From assembly GCA_965202585.1 (NCBI GenBank), contig OZ241834.1:12958001-13022000 (forward strand): 64,000 nt of DNA. The letters run 5' to 3'. Positions 11,534-26,500 of this stretch are shown here, piece by piece; position 1 is the first letter of the stretch, and the number at the start of each line of letters is the position of its first letter. The notes below the pieces were generated by a model. The model was not told the DNA's origin, searched no databases, and saw nothing but the letters and a program-made list of their open reading frames with translations. The translations under genes and the position numbers were made by a program. Source of the DNA: Thalia democratica. Lineage: Eukaryota.

Positions 11534-14500
11534 ATGACTATAGATGTCAATGTTCCTCAAGATGATAATATTTTAGAATCAAGTAAGTAGTTTTTATACT
11601 TGTAGTTGTTTAATATGTGATACACTATACTTATTTAAAACTTCTTCAAAATATTTAAATTTTTATGCCTTTTCTTTTTCATAAATAGATTATGAAAAAT
11701 ATTTTCATGAAATGAACTGAATATTTTAATTTTTGTAAAAAAAATGTTGGACCCCCACTAGTAGCATTACTTTTCAGTATCTTTTAAATATTTTATGACT
11801 ATTTAAGTCAGTTTTTTACCTAAAACTTAATTTCATACTAAAAATAGACAAAATAAAAGCTTGTACTTTTAAAACTTGAATGAAATTTAGTAAACCTTGA
11901 AAAATTTATCAAAAAACTTTTGGCAACCCTGTAAAGTATGTTATTCTGTTTTATTTAAATAGCTGTATTTGATATGAAGGTGAAAACTGTATTGAAAAGA
12001 GTGAAAATAACTTTGAAGAACAATCTAATACAGATGTTGTAACTGCTGATGAAAAGAATATTGAAGAAAACTCCCAGGTAAGTATTGATTTTTGAAAAGA
12101 TTTGTAGTTAAGTTAATTTATTTGTTAAATTGTTTTGAAAAAGTTATTATTATATTTAAAAGTGTTTGATTAATAAATATTTATAAAATACTAAATGTTA
12201 AATATATTCCAGTGAACTTGTTTTGCTAGGATCTTTATTAGCAAACGGTTAACTATAAATTTTAAATAGTTAAAATATTTTAACTAGTTTTTTATAAACT
12301 AAATTTGTATAATAAAAAAGTAATGAATATAAAACATAATTTTTTAGGATGCTTACCTAATATAACTACAGTGCTTATTCACTTATCCGGATACATTGGG
12401 CAAGATTTTTCTGTAAAGGTGTCCGGATAACTAAAAATCCGGATAACTACAAAAAATCATTTTTTTAATATAATAATATAACTGCTGCATTTAATGCAAT
12501 TCATAATAAAAGTGTTATGGTAAAAACATATACATAGTAATTGTAAGTAGTATATAAGAAAATCATAAATAATAAAAGCTAAACTTAAGTTTAATTAATT
12601 TATTTTTTCTATGGTAGAAAAACATTAGACTTACTAACCCTCTGCAACTATATACATTTTTTATGGGTCAAGCAAGTAAAATTCATCATTTATAATTCCG
12701 CCTGCCCTAACTATCAATTTAAAAAAATATTAATTTTTGTTTAAGAGAAAATATAAATTAAATTTATCTTTAAAAACGAAAAATAATGTAAACTATCTCT
12801 TTAAATGAAATGAAAAAAAAATTTTAATTAAAAAAACAAACAGAAAGAAAACAGAAACTTTGACTAAGTTTAAAGTCAATTTAACGGAAACATATCACTC
12901 CTAGAAAACTAGCTTTTATTGGAAGTTTTAATAAAATTAAAAATAATAGACGTTTGTTATATAGTTATCCGCGTTTTCAGAAGAAAACTCATGGAATTTA
13001 AAAAGTTGCGAAACTTTTTGAATGAATTTTTATGTTTACTATTAAAATAATTTTGAATTTTCTTCTGACCAAAACTGTCCGGATAAGTGAGCGTCCGGAT
13101 AAGTGAATAAGCACTGTATTTTAGATAGTATTAAAAATGCTTCATTAAGAAAAAATAGAATAAAAATAAATAGTTACATAAAAAACTTACATTTTTAATC
13201 ATTATGGTTAAATGATTATGTTTAAATGATACATTTTTTAAAAATATTCACTAAAAAAAGTTTTATATATATCAAAGATATATGATTTTGTTGATCTATT
13301 TTTGGTTTGTTAATATTTTTTATTTGTTTTAAACGCAAATATAATTTTTAATCAGTCATCAGTCAATGAAAATGATTGCAACAAAAAAGAATCAGACAAA
13401 CAAGTTGTGGAAAGTTCAAACAATGAGGTGGAATCAGCCAAGAACAAAGACCAGGAGTTGATTGTGATACAAGATTCTCTATATCCCATTAAGTTGTTAG
13501 TTCCAGGAGGTGAAGTGGTTGAAATTCAGGTATGATTCGAATCTTTTAAAGCAGATTGTAACATTTCTAAATCTTAGATGAATGACAGTCATTATGAATT
13601 ATGTGCAAATAAATGAACACATTTTTTTCCTAAAGTTATCCTTATTTTTTTTTAGATTTTTAGTTATAGTATTATTAAATTTTATAGAATAAAACAAGTA
13701 AACAATTTTTTTAAGTGTAATTTAAAACTTGTAACGACTTACTAATTAATACATCTGCAATTTAGATTATTAATTAAAGTTATAGTATTTATTCTCTCAA
13801 GCTATATTTTTTGAGTTTTTATCTGTATATTTTATTCAAATATGTTAGTTATTAGTTTAATATAATATTATTAATTTTAGGTATCTCCTCAAGAGTTAGT
13901 GCAAGAAATTCATCAACTTGTGAAAGATAGGGAGTCAACTTGTCATAGAACATGTTTTAAATTGACTTTTGATGGAGTTACCATGGATAACTTTTGTGAG
14001 CTAAAAAATATTGAAGGACTTAAGGAAGGCTCTGTGATAAAACTTGTTGAAGGTAAAATGTTTTAAATAAACAGCTTTTGTTTAAATTATAAAGAAAAAA
14101 ACTGTATAATTACTTTTTATACATTGTTAAGTAAAGTCACATGAAGTCAAAGCTTTTTTTTAAAACTAACATTAGCTCGTATATATAAAGTCAAGTATGG
14201 TTAAATTATCAATTTTTAATGGAATATAAAACTAAAATTTTAAGATATAGTAGCTTTTTTAAACATTTTCAGTTATAAACATAAAGACTACAAAAATTTA
14301 GTTGTCAGTGTTGTTAGAAGTTTAAAAATAATAAATATCTAGCATTATTTTTTGAGCCAGAAACTTCAATTTTGTAAGAAACATTCTTTAAATGATAAAC
14401 AAAAACACATGGATAACAAAACATTTTTAAATAAAAAGTATTCATTTGTTCAATGATTCAAATGTAAATAATAAACTAGCTGTAAAAATTCTATGAAGGT

Positions 14501-17500
14501 TGGTTGAAAGATAAGGAAATTTATACTTTTAGTGAAATAATCTTTCTTTTTCTTTATAGTTTGTGCCTTTTGTTAGCAACCCAAAAGTTACTATGAATTT
14601 ATTTAATTTGTGATAACTTATATATTAACTAAGATCAACTTGTAAAATATAATATAGCCATAATTATCATATTTATTTCATAACTAATTTTTTTATAGTA
14701 ACCAGTTAAGTATTTATAAATTATTTATTATAAATTTTTTATTTCAGAATCATATAGTGTTCGAGAAGCACGGATTCATCTGCGTCATATTAGAGATCTT
14801 TTACACTCTCTTGACAACATAGACGCTCATTATGGTGTTGATTGTTCATCTGTGTGTTATGTTAACACGATTACTAACCAAGAAATTAGCTCAGGTTAGA
14901 TTCCGACTTATTTTACTTTTAATTTTTTTTTTAAACTCTTTAGCTTAAAATGACATTAATGGATTATATTACTATTACTTGTTCTAAGTGTAAAAAAAAA
15001 CACTTATATGCTATTTTTTAGAAGTTAATCTGGCAAGCAACAGTGGCAATGCAGCGAGTGTAACTATCAACACTTCGAAGAAAGAAGGCAGCGGCCGAAG
15101 CTCACCCGAGATTCAGCAGGCTGACCAAGCAAATAACGGACCGGTTTCTAATAATGACCACAGCAACAAAAAAAGTAAGAGAGCAAACAAGACAGAAGCA
15201 CACAGCAACGGCACAGTGGACTGCACTCCCCCTGATTACATAATGCCTGGTAGCAAAGATCGTCTGGTCACACCTGTTCATCCTCGCAGCAACGATAATG
15301 ATTCTGTTAAGGTATGCTTGGCCACCTTTTGTTTTCAAGATTGTTATTAATACATGTCCATTTCGATTTTGAGTTTTGATAACTGGATCTATTTTACGTG
15401 TAAATATAAATTTTGATTCAGAAAAAATACTCTTAAAGTTATTCATTTAGGTAAAATAAAAAAGTTTGTAATATTGTAATGTTGTTTTATAGTAATTGTA
15501 AAAAGTAACAATTTATTTTAGTTTAGCTAATATATAAATAGTCCACAATGTTCTTTATTGAAGTCAAAACTTATTTTAACTATTTGTTGTTTTAAAAAAT
15601 AAATATTACATAGAAATTACTATTATAACTAATATTTTTATATATGATAACAAGTAAAATAGTTTTTACAATCTAAGTTAAAATAGTTTCGAAGGTTATT
15701 TTAAGGTTTAATATTTTTACATACCATATGGTAGAATTATATTTGCTAGGAACCATGGTAGACGTTTTTAGATTCTAATTTACTAAGAGAAACATGTAAA
15801 AACCTAATTCTAGTTTGTGCTATATTTTTTAATACAACCAACAGATGTCGTCTTGTCTCAAACTGATCACAATGTCGTTGTGGAATCCACCTCCGGGTAA
15901 CAGACGACTTCACGGCGATCTCATTTACGTTTATGCCGTCACAAATGAAGGCAAACGTTTTCACATAACTTGCAATCCGAGAGGATGGTTTGTGAGCCAG
16001 TAAGTTCGAGCATATACAATATTTAAGATAGTTTTTAAAACATTTATTGTTAGATAGCTTTAAAAGCTTAAATTGAATTATAGAGAACAACAACTTACTG
16101 GTATTTAATTAAAGTTTGTAATGGAAAGTTTTTTGTTTTACAAACTAGTAAGTACAATTAACAAGTTTTGAAAGTTAGATTTTTTTTACTAAGATTAAGT
16201 TTGTTGTTTGATGCAATTTTGTTAAATGCTAATTAATATTGTGTACAAATTGACTACTTTTATGATAAGTTTGTTTAATAAAAAAAGTATTTGAGAGTTT
16301 TTAAATGTAAAATAATTAAATTTTTAATAACTTTAGTTGTATTGTTAGGTTAATCATAAAAATTTTCTTATTACAAATAGATCAGATATCGACGTATTCA
16401 ATCCAAAGCCAGCCCAAGGTGCACAAATTTACCATTCATTGGTTGATTTGCTTAATGTTTTATCACCTCAATTTAAGAAAAACTTTGCTATTTTGAATAA
16501 GAAAAGGTTTAATAGACATCCATTTGAAAGATTAGCAACACCTTTCCAAGTGAGCTTTTATAAAAATATTAATATTTTTTGAAAACTTTGTAATATAATT
16601 TAAGTCTTTTTACTCATTATTTCTCAAAAAATAGGAACATTTAATAAAAAAAGGTTTTGATTAAATCACTATCGTTTTTAAATTTTAGCCTAATATACAG
16701 TCTTTATTTGTTATATACAGGGTTGCCACTATACCTGGAATCCTGGAAAAACCTGGAATTTGACAATTTAGGCAAAAAAAAACCTGGAAAAACCTGAAGT
16801 TTTGAACAAAAATCTTTAAAAAACCTGGAATTTCAACAATTTTCACATGTTCAGTAGTAAAATTTCGATTTGGCTCAAAAAATCAATCATATAAATAGAA
16901 AATTTTTGTCATCATCAAAATTTTTGTCATTAAAAAACATATTTAAAGTAGCTTTATTTTACAGTATCTTTTCAATGTTATTATACTATTTAACACAGTT
17001 TCTTACCTTAAACTTAATTTTAAATTAAAAATAACCCAAATTTGTGTACTTTTAAAAACCTGGAAGAAATTAGGAAAACCTGGAAAAAAAATTGAAAAAA
17101 TGAGTGGCAACCCTGTATATACTTAGTTTAAAACGTTAATCTAATTACTTATAATGCTTTAAATATCAAGACCAATAGATTCTAGCAAAAAGTATGTTTA
17201 CTTAAGATTTTTTACATAATAACTTTAATGATTGTTGATTATACTAAAAAATATATTTTATTACACAGTGTAGTTTATAAGTTCTTAAATTATTTTTCCG
17301 AATTTTAGAGATTGTAAATTTATCAAATAAAAGTTAATTCTTTATTTAAAAGACCCTATCAAAAGTTTTCACTTTTTCTATAGCTTGTTCCAGGTTTTAA
17401 AAATAAATCTACTGTTTAGCAAATAAACAACAGTGAAATTAAAACCATTGAGTTTGTTTTAAAGTTTTGTACCTAAATTTTAGTAGGAAAATATTTGAAT

Positions 17501-20500
17501 TCCGTTTTACTTTTTTAATACAAATAATGACATAGGTAAACAATTGGACTTGTCCTGAACTGGTGCACGAAGTTGATCATGTGAGAGCAGAAGATACGTT
17601 CAGTTCAAGATTGACCGTCGAAGAACACCTTCCTGGACAAGTTAGTACTTAAAAATGCTATAAAATTTTATGGTATACCTGTAGTTACTAATCTAGTTAA
17701 ATAAGCTATATAATTGAACTTTTAGCAACTTTTTAAACTTAACAGTTGTATAGTTTGTAAATAGGAGAATTTGTTTTACTCATAGCAAGATTTATTAGTA
17801 CACGAGGATTGTTAGAGTTTAGAATGTTAAGAAGTTGAATAGTATATTTTGTTTACATAAAAAAGGTTGTAGCATAGTTAATTGATAAAGAACTGTAACG
17901 ATTATAAAATTTAGATTTTTCCATAAGGTTTGTTTAATATTTTTTTAAGCTTTCTGTAGGAATTTAGTGATACGGATAGGTAGTTCAATTTTATGATATA
18001 GTTATTAAGTATACAGCTTTAAAATTTCATTGTAAACGGTTTTGTAATAATAAATTAGCTAATTTTACCAAAAATATTTGTCATCTTCCTTTTCTAGTTT
18101 AACGATTTCTTTCATACTTTTTTAGTTCAAATTTTTGTTTTATATTTAAAATAACAATTAAAAAGACATAATTTAAGACTATTTTGTATTTGAAAAGTTT
18201 TAATAAAAAAAAGTTTCTGTAGTTTATTCAAAAGCTTTAATTTGCTTAAAAACAGTATTCTAATTTTTAAAATCAGCATTATTTAATAAGAAGTGGTCAA
18301 AATTTTAAATTTAATTATAAATACGAAACTAAAACTATTTGCACAAACTATATATCATAGACATATCTAAAATATGTTTCAACTAAATTTGTGAACATTT
18401 AGTAATAGCAGGTGGTTAAAGTTTTAGATTTATATGTATTATAACATTTTTCTTAAAATTATCCTGTAGCCATGTCTAGTCAAAAAATTAAGATTTCACT
18501 ATTACAAAATTGTATTGCAACTTTTAAACGCCCTTTTCACACCTCCATAACTTTAAAACTGTTTTGCAGCCTAGAGTTTACTTTAATGTTTTTTTTATTA
18601 TATGTAGAAGAATGAATTATTTAAAACTTTCTTTAATTTACACAGTTTAGTCTACAGACCAGACAGCCACTCTATTTTGATTTAAATTTGTTTTTTAATA
18701 TTTACTTATTTTTGAATAAAATCTATTATTATGTTTTTTTTTTGCTTGTGTCGCGTAAAAAAATTACAGGTAAGTTATGATCAACTTATTATAGATTTTA
18801 TAGATAGCTTAATTTAAACACTGGTATGAAATAAAAGATTTTGTAACTGCAACTGAACTATTGTATATAAAATATTAATGTTATAGTGTGTTTTCTAACT
18901 TTTTGTATAAAATCTCTGTGCGCGTACAGTTGAACTATCAAGGAAACATTCCGATTGCAGTCTAAATTGATAAGTTTACATTTGTTTTAACATGTTCTGA
19001 ATCCGCTTTCGCTGTTTTGGTTTAATGCAAAACAAACTGTTTGTTATTAGAACTAGCAGAATAATTTAAGTTTAAAATGTTTCAATATATATTGTACCTT
19101 ATTACAGAATGTTTACATTTTTTTTTGCTCACTACAGTTCATTCTTGCACAATTAGGAACACACTTACTGAAATTATTTAATAATGATTAGTTAGGTAAT
19201 TTTTTAGGTTAAGTTTTTTATTAGGTGTAAATTTTAAAAGCAGTGATAACATTAATAGAATTTAGTTAGTTTGGTTATCCGAATCTAAATGTTAAAAGTA
19301 AACTTCAAGTTTTATATATTGTTTCACAAATTTTGTTAAATGATTGTTGTTTAGTATTTATACCACTTTTGAAATTAAGTAAAATTTATAATAGATAAAT
19401 ATCGTAGAAGTGTTTTTAACTTTAGTTAGTTATAATTAATAATTCTGTCAGAAAGTAATCAAAATTAGATTTCCTATATGTTTTTTATAGCTGTTTTTTT
19501 TTTATCACAATATTACATGATTATCATTTATATGTTGTAACTTAGGCGCTGATGTTTTAGATAAAATAATTGACAATTTTCTTAATAGAATACGCGCGAT
19601 TGGAATGAAGAAATTTCTGGAACAAGAGAACTTGCACGAACTACTTTACCTGAAAGGCTGCTCAGAGAAAGAGCTATGTATAAAGTAAGCAATTTTTAAT
19701 CAGTCTTGGTTATTTTTATGTATAGAAATTTTTTTTAATTATATAATTTGAATGAAACTTTATTAGTATATAAATTATTAATAAGTTGAAAATTGTAGTG
19801 AAAAAAGTAATAAGTTGCTGATAAACTTGACAAAAAGTTAATTAAAAGTAATCAGTAACCTTAAAGTGGGTTATTTTTTAAACTAAATAACATGCTTGTG
19901 TTTAGACCGCATATGTTTTTTAGTGTTAAATGCCTTACATAACTCGTACTGTTTTGAATTATAGATCTGTTTCATAAATAATAAGTTTTTTCAACTTTTA
20001 GGTCCATTCTGATTTCGTAGCTGCGTCTACCAGGGGTGCTATTTTGTGCGTTGATGGCAATGTTATGGCAATAAATCCAGGCGAAGCTAAAAACATGAGA
20101 ATGTATATTTGGAATAACATATTTTTCAGGTTGCCAACTCATTTACCAATCCAAACTTTATATTGTTATATAGTTTGTTATTTATAACCTTTTCAAAGAT
20201 TTTTTTGTAATACTTACTTCTTCACATAGTAAATTAAAAAAAAATATTTTTATTAAATTTATCTATAGTGAAGTAGAATATTTCTGCAATAGTTTTATAT
20301 ACTTTCCAAAAATTTTTATTTCTATAAACTTACAAAAATACCCACTTATATAAGCTAGGTTTGTTTTTATTTAACAAATTTGATTTCAACTATTGTACTA
20401 AAAATGATAGCGCCATATCATTATATCAACTGATAGGTTTTCTTTGATCAAGCACTAATTTTATCATATTTTAATAATTTCAATTTTATATAAGAACAGC

Positions 20501-23500
20501 GTTACACAATTAGAGCAAACGAATTTCATTACTATCTACTTTTAGCATTTTTTATTAAGTTAATTATTAAAATACAGCTTGGGATTCGACGTGAGGGATC
20601 ACTACAAAGACTACGGCGGTCATCACGCGGCATTCTACGCGCCTTCAGCTGACCTCAACGGTGTCAGGGCTTACGGCAGGTTGGACATTCCCGGTTTGAA
20701 CGTGCTGGGAACATGCGTTGTCGATTACAAGGGATACAGAGTCACTGCTCAAACTATAATCCCTGGTACTTTTGTATATCTTATTTCGTCTTAGTAAAAT
20801 ATTTTTCTACTAAAAGCTAATTTGGACAACTTTATTTTTTAAATTGTAATTTTTGTAGAGTTTATAACTAGTGTTGGATTGTTTTTTGTGAAATTATAAG
20901 TTTTCAAAATTCGTATAACATAATTAATTTATTTTAGGTATTCTTGAACGTGAGCAAGAGCAGTCAGTTGTTTACGGATCAATAGATTTTGGAAAAAACA
21001 TCAGAACTACAGAAAAATTTCTCGAGTTGCTTAACAAAACAACAAAAAAGATGCACATTGTTCCGCACTCTATAAAGGATGCTAAAATGGAAAGCATAAA
21101 ATTAGAGTCTTCAATTGAGTGCAAAGGTATACTGGGAAATGACAAGCGTCATTACATTCTCGATCTGCAGAAGAGTTTTCCGCCTGATGTTAACTTTTTA
21201 CCTCCTCATGAAGGTGAATACGAAGAGCCCAAATCAGACAACAAGGATTTAGACAAAGTCAGACATGCGGTATTATTTAAAAATAAAAGTATGAAGTAGC
21301 GTTTTAAAAAAGTTAAGTATAAAGTTATAAAAATTAAAGGATTAAGTTAATTGGAATTTTGTATTTGTAAAATATTTTACTTGGAAATGTTGGTTAATTT
21401 TTTTAAGTAGGCTAATGCATTACAGATTGAAGTAGTCGAAACAGAAGAGTCTAAAGAACAAAAGCGAAAGTATTTCAAATGGCAAACGAACTTGTGCGAG
21501 GAAAGTACGAAGATGGGATTTCCAAAGAAACATTTGCACAGACTTGTGACACATCGACCTGAGTTAATTGACGCTTACGCTGATGTTAAGTTGGTTGCTT
21601 AAATGATACTAAAGCTTTTGTATGACTTAGATGCTAAACTTTCCCTTATACACCTGTATAGTTTAAGTGGCGTAAAGAACTACGCAAGTAATAGTTTATC
21701 AAAATTAAAAGTATTTTTGGTTTTCATATATAAACAGTAAATCTACAGTGTGCTAGATAATCCATAAGTTTTTTATAACTTACATTATCTTTTTTTTTTA
21801 ATGATCTATCTTGAAAACAGCTATATCAATGTTATTGTAACTATTTCTTTCAATTATATTTTATGTAACCACTCACATATTTTTAAAATGTATAAAAAAA
21901 TAATTTATTTTGTTTATTATTAGAAGACAATAGTTTATTAAACACTTTTATACTTAATCTTTTTGATTAAAGTCTTCTTGATTTATATCATCACAGAGTA
22001 TCTGTATTCTTATTTGAACGTAACTGTTAATTTTAATCTATTTTGAAAATAACTATTGTTCAATTTAAAAAAAAAACATTTTAAACAATTGCATACTTTA
22101 AAAATTTTACTTACATTTTATAACTAAAATACATACTTAATTATAACTTCTTACAACCTCTCTGAGTAAAAAATTAAGTAATATCAAGTTTATTAACGGG
22201 TTAAGTAATAAGCTCACTTTTTTAGATACCACGAATTTATTCGTATATGCACCACTAAAATTGTTCAGTATAGAAATGAGGAGAAACAAAAACTAACTGA
22301 AAAAGATACAACAGAGTCAGAACAAAACAAAGAAGATAAAAAGAAAATGAGTATGTTTAATTGTTTTTAAGTAAATGTTTTTCTTCGATACAAAATGAAT
22401 AGTTCGAAATAAGCACTACAATCGTTTTAAAAGATAATGAGTTATTTATCATTCACTAATATTAGCCACTTTCTTGAAATAACGACAATTAAAGTTATGT
22501 AACGTTAATTGGTCACTATTTGTTCTAGTTTATTAGTCACATAGCAGTAGATAATTAGCAACAGGTGAAACTAACTGTTCTTGTGTTTTAATTCTAATGC
22601 ATCATACATTCTCTTTTTTTTCTACAATATTAATTGTTGTAGTATCAATAAACAGTAAAATAAAATTAAAGTTTTGTTTAGTATTTTATTATAACAATAT
22701 ATTAGTTCTTTAGTTTGTTTTACCGGTTTGAGTTTACATTATTCGTTAAAAAAATAATTTAAATTTTTTTTGTCTCATAATAGTTTAGACATGTAATCAA
22801 AAAATTATTTTTCAATACTAAAGTATCTAACTAAATTTTATCAGTTTTACATGATTCACTCTTTTTTATTATTTTAGTTTTTTGTAATATTCGGAGCTAA
22901 TTACTTTTTGTTTCTTAATAAAATTAAAGCGTTCAACAAACTGAACAGTGGCCGAATGGCAAGACGAGGCGGTGCGAAGCGCGGCGAAGGAAGTGGGAAG
23001 TTACAAGGAGGACGAGTTCGACATCAGGTTCAATCCCGACGTGTTCTCGCCCGGCCTCAACTTCGACGAGTGCGACGAGGAAATTGAGAAGGAAAGGTCG
23101 CAAATCGTCGACTTGGCCAACTTCCTCGTCAAAAACCAAATACCCGCTTTTGTGAGTTGTTATAAACCTTATTTTTCTAAAACTGATTCTAAATTTTATT
23201 GTTTTCTGACAATAAAGTGAAACACTTTTCACTTAACTGTTTCATAAACTTATGGTCATAAACTAATGGTTTAATATTTTTACCAAATTTTTATATTTAA
23301 CAGGTGAAAGAGTGTACTGATCAATTAATTAATCCAATGGACGGTCATCAGTTGACGTGTGCTCTTCACGAAAAGGGTATCGGTGTTAGATATCTGGGTA
23401 AAATCGTTCCGCTCTTCAAAGATCTAGCCAATGTACAACATATATACGTTAGTTTTTTCTCTTTTGAATGTTATAAAGTAAATTTTTTGTATAAATTAAT

Positions 23501-26500
23501 CTTATATCTTAGGCTTTGTTTCATTTATTATTTCTAAGTTCTAAACTGCTTTTAAAAACTTTAGAATAAAACTTAATATTAATTTTAACAATATGACTTT
23601 TATAAGTACAAAATAACAACACTTATGTTTTAAAATATACTGCTATAAACAAAAATTTTGTTAAAAAAATAACTTAAACTAGAAAAAACTACTTTAAAAT
23701 TTTGTAGTAAATTAAGCTGTCTTAACAGTCAGAATAAATTTTGATACGAACCTAGCTGCATATCTTATAAATTTCAATAAATCGGTTCGTTACTGCAAGT
23801 TCGAAAATATTTTAAAAAAAACTTTAATCTGGCAATAAAATATTCTTGAATTAGTATACATACTTATAATCTATCAAGTATATCAATGTTAAATAACTTA
23901 TCTACAGAAAACAGGAGTGATGGAGGTGATTGTTAGAGCGACTAAGCACGTGATGCGAATGTATTTGCAAGATTTGGACAACCTCAACGTCGGGTGCGGA
24001 GTTTCGCATTTTCTCAATTGTCTCTTATCATCTGCCAATTCTTTCGTGGCCCCAAGCAGGCCCGACGATATGCTTCAGAGGTTATTTTTTTTACCAAAAG
24101 TTTTTAATTAAAAACGCTCATACTTGTCAAATAGTGTGTCAACTAACAAATCTGTTTGTTGTAAAAATATACAATATATTTTTATTAAGAATTCAATAAA
24201 ACATGTTTAGAAGTATAAAGCCTGTTTTTCCATAAATAATTTAGGCGTAGGTTTTTTTAATATCCGTATGTTGGTGTTTAAGCTTTATTTTATTTTAAAA
24301 GTGAAATTAAAAAACTAAAATTTTAATATAGAGTTAGTTTTTTAAATTAAAGCTATTGTACTGTGTCAAATTAGGATTGTTATGTTATAAGTATAACAAG
24401 CTATTGTAAATAAGCGATTATGAACTTCAGCAAGAAGAAAAAGAACAAAAACCGTAACAAGAACCGGCAAAACAACCAGCAACAAAGCAGTCAAAATTCA
24501 AATCCTTCCAGTAACGACTCGCCGTCCGCAAACACTGACGCGCCGTGGCACAAGCTCACTCCTGAAATTTTGTGGGAGCAAATTTCAAAGGAGTGTTTGG
24601 AGTACTACGCGATCGAGCTTCCTGACCTTAGTTGCGTGGACGATTTGGTAAACGTGTACGACATTCAAAAAATTTCAGTTCTCAGAAGACTGTGTCATGT
24701 CGTAGGCGTACAGGTTAGAAGTTCGATAAACCGCAAAATATTAAATTAAATTTACAAAATTTGAAAATGCTAATAAATATTCTTTTTTTTTAATGAATAT
24801 TGATTGCAAGCTCAATTTTCACAGTATGTTCCTATAAGTTCACGTAATTATTCACTTATTTTTACTTGATAACATTCAAGTAACATTATTAAGATAAATA
24901 TCTTCTAAAACTTTATTATTAATTTTTTTAATTGCAGACTAGGTAGCATTCTAAAACTTGGATTATTTTTAAAATACATTTCATCTACTTTAATCGATAA
25001 AAATGTTTTTAATAGATATTTTGAATACAGCTTAAGTGTTGAAATTATTTTAATTATAAGTATTTAGGTTTTTACAAATAATCACATACAAATATAATTC
25101 AGCTTGTATCACGTGACTACCAGCTTGATGTTGTCAGCAGCAAACACAAGAAGCTGTTCACCGACGATGACGTCGTCAGGTTATTCCCCGTCATCAAGCA
25201 CGCGCCTCCCAGGGCAACCGACGCTCATCAGTTCTTCCTTTCTGCCCAGCAGAAGCTGCAACAGGGTATATAAATATCGTTATGTATTTTATGTATAGAA
25301 TTAAAACACTATTTGTTGGTAAATTTGTCTGTAGATTACATTCAAACTAGTGATAAGCGACTGATTAACTCGTTAATTTTTCGATCTAACTTGTTTATAT
25401 TTTGATGAAAAATATGGTTTTTTATGCAGATTAAATAATTTTCACACTAATATGACAACTTTTCTCATACAAATAAAAATTATACAAAAGAATTATTTCA
25501 AATGTTTCAAAATAGTAGAATTGTGATGATAAATTATGAATATTTATTATAATTATTTGTTATAAAATATATAGTTCACTATATAAATAGTTAGAATTGT
25601 GATCACTTTTCTAGAAGCAGATATTATTAATAAACAAAACTTAAAGCTATTTTTTTTTTGCTTCCTTAGGTGTTCTATTGATATTAAACCAATAAATACT
25701 AGTTATTAAAAATATTCTTTATTATTATTTTTACTTTTACCAGAGGGTTCACATACATTTGTTTAAAGTTGAATAAATTTTATGCAATTGGATTCAGGTG
25801 CGATCCGCGAAGCTTTCGAGCTTTACACTGAATCGTTGAATTTATTTACCAACGTGTATGGAGCTATCCACACTGATATCGCGGTGTGTTACCGACAACT
25901 GGCGAAACTTCATTACATGTTTAGTGAACACAATGAAGCTATTACAACCCAACTCAAAGCGGTCATCATTTCTGAGCGTTGTAATGGTTTGTTTTAGTTC
26001 TATTTAAAGTAGTAACTAATAACAATACTTAAAAAGTAATTGGTTTATTTGTTCAGGTTGTTTTAAAAAGTTAACTTACGAGTTGTACTAGTATTTTCTA
26101 ATTAAATGAATTAAAATTTATTAACTAATTAATTTTCGAACTTTAAAATTAAATCCTAGCAAATACAATTTTGTGATTTAGTTATAAAACACTATAAGCT
26201 AATAATGTAGTAAGTATTAAACAAAAATATGTTTCTGTAGCAGCATTTTAACATATAACTAATTTCTAGTACTTAAAGTCTGTTTGTATGCAAAAAAAAT
26301 TAGTTGTGTTTATAAACATAACAGTTGTATGATAAAATAGTTTTGATTATCTACATGTAAATAAGATTTTGTTTAAAAATAATCGTCTGTCCAACCAATA
26401 TTTTCAGAGATAATCATACAAAAACAGAAAATTTATTTGTGTAAACTTCAATTTTTATGTTGTTAACGACCCCGTTTAAAGCTTAATCACAATATATATC

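Noticed and set aside
25104-25298. [14 protein letters not shown]...
   Set aside because: Wrong frame over CLUH exon 20; the spliced frame reads [11 protein letters not shown].
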